Source: Euprymna scolopes (Eukaryota). From it: 64,000 nucleotides of DNA. A program made the position numbers and the translations under genes. Positions within the stretch are counted from its first letter, which is position 1; each line of letters begins with the position of its first letter. The notes under the pieces were generated by a model, which was given only the letters and a program-made list of their open reading frames with translations, searched no databases and had not been told where the DNA came from. The stretch is taken from the NCBI GenBank assembly GCA_053919585.1, contig CM132807.1. One strand, written 5' to 3'. Shown piece by piece: positions 63,335-64,000 of the stretch.

Positions 63335-64000
63335 CCTTCACAGTATCCTCTGCAAAATACCTAAACACCAGTTTCGTCCTGACAATCAGTTTGTCTTCTC
63401 AATTATTCCCTACACAAATCCACAGAGCTGCAATCAAGCGAGTCGAGGGGGGTAGGTAGGATTGATGAAGTTTGAGATAGGCACTTGTAAGTTTTTTTTC
63501 GGAGGTGTGACATGCAGCTGTGTCCTGTTGTCAAATGAATTGCAATACCAAAATTCGAAATTATAGGTCTTTACTGGTTTAAAGATAAGAATGAATGGTC
63601 AATCAGTATCAATAGCTTAGCAAATGCTTGTTAAGATATTATAAGGGATAAATAGTGCTTTCAACAGGATAGGTCAAGACAAGAGTGTGTCAGAGTTATT
63701 GACAATTTTGCACATCGTATTCAGATGTGCTTGCAATGCAGATGGATATTTAAAATGTACCATTGAACGGTAATAAAGCAAAAACTATTGAATATTTGTA
63801 GCTGAAATTTGGTGGGTAAGTAAAACTTATATTGAAGTTTATTTGTACCAAATATAGTTAAAAGGATTGTGAATTTTACTAATGATTCCATAGTTGGCAT
63901 TTTCTTTGGTGAATTTGTACCTGTTTTTTTGCCAAAAATATGTATACACAATTGTATGTGTATGTAGATTCATATGATGTGATATATCGATAAGTAAAGA

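Overview
This is AT-rich animal (invertebrate) genomic DNA; the repeat content is reminiscent of a mollusc or cephalopod, but that is not provable here. Almost the whole window is the 3' part of one large minus-strand gene (exons found from 61995 down to 1348). It encodes a secreted gel-forming-mucin/VWF-like protein: a VWC half-domain exon, then 11 single-exon copies of a 145-149 aa Cys-bracketed domain resembling a divergent F5/8 type C (discoidin) module, separated by short Thr/Ser/Pro-rich linker exons, then a C-terminal cystine-knot (CTCK) exon. I can place 33 canonical GT-AG exons (6436 nt, ~2145 aa) plus 3 linkers that need cryptic acceptors. Every exon downstream of the VWC exon is phase 1-1, so units can be duplicated, lost or skipped in frame. 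The array shows a ~10.35 kb near-identical tandem duplication, exon-focused homogenisation, dying linker exons and a relic of a lost domain exon. The 5' end of the gene and the last CTCK exon were not found. Introns hold a Tc1 relic abutting a Gypsy-in-Gypsy nest, LINE fragments, a satellite-bearing Helitron with a U2 snRNA fragment, a satellite-bearing hAT element, DINE-1-like elements, a Penelope-type hammerhead-like motif and several hairpins. All coordinates were read by eye; no searches were run.
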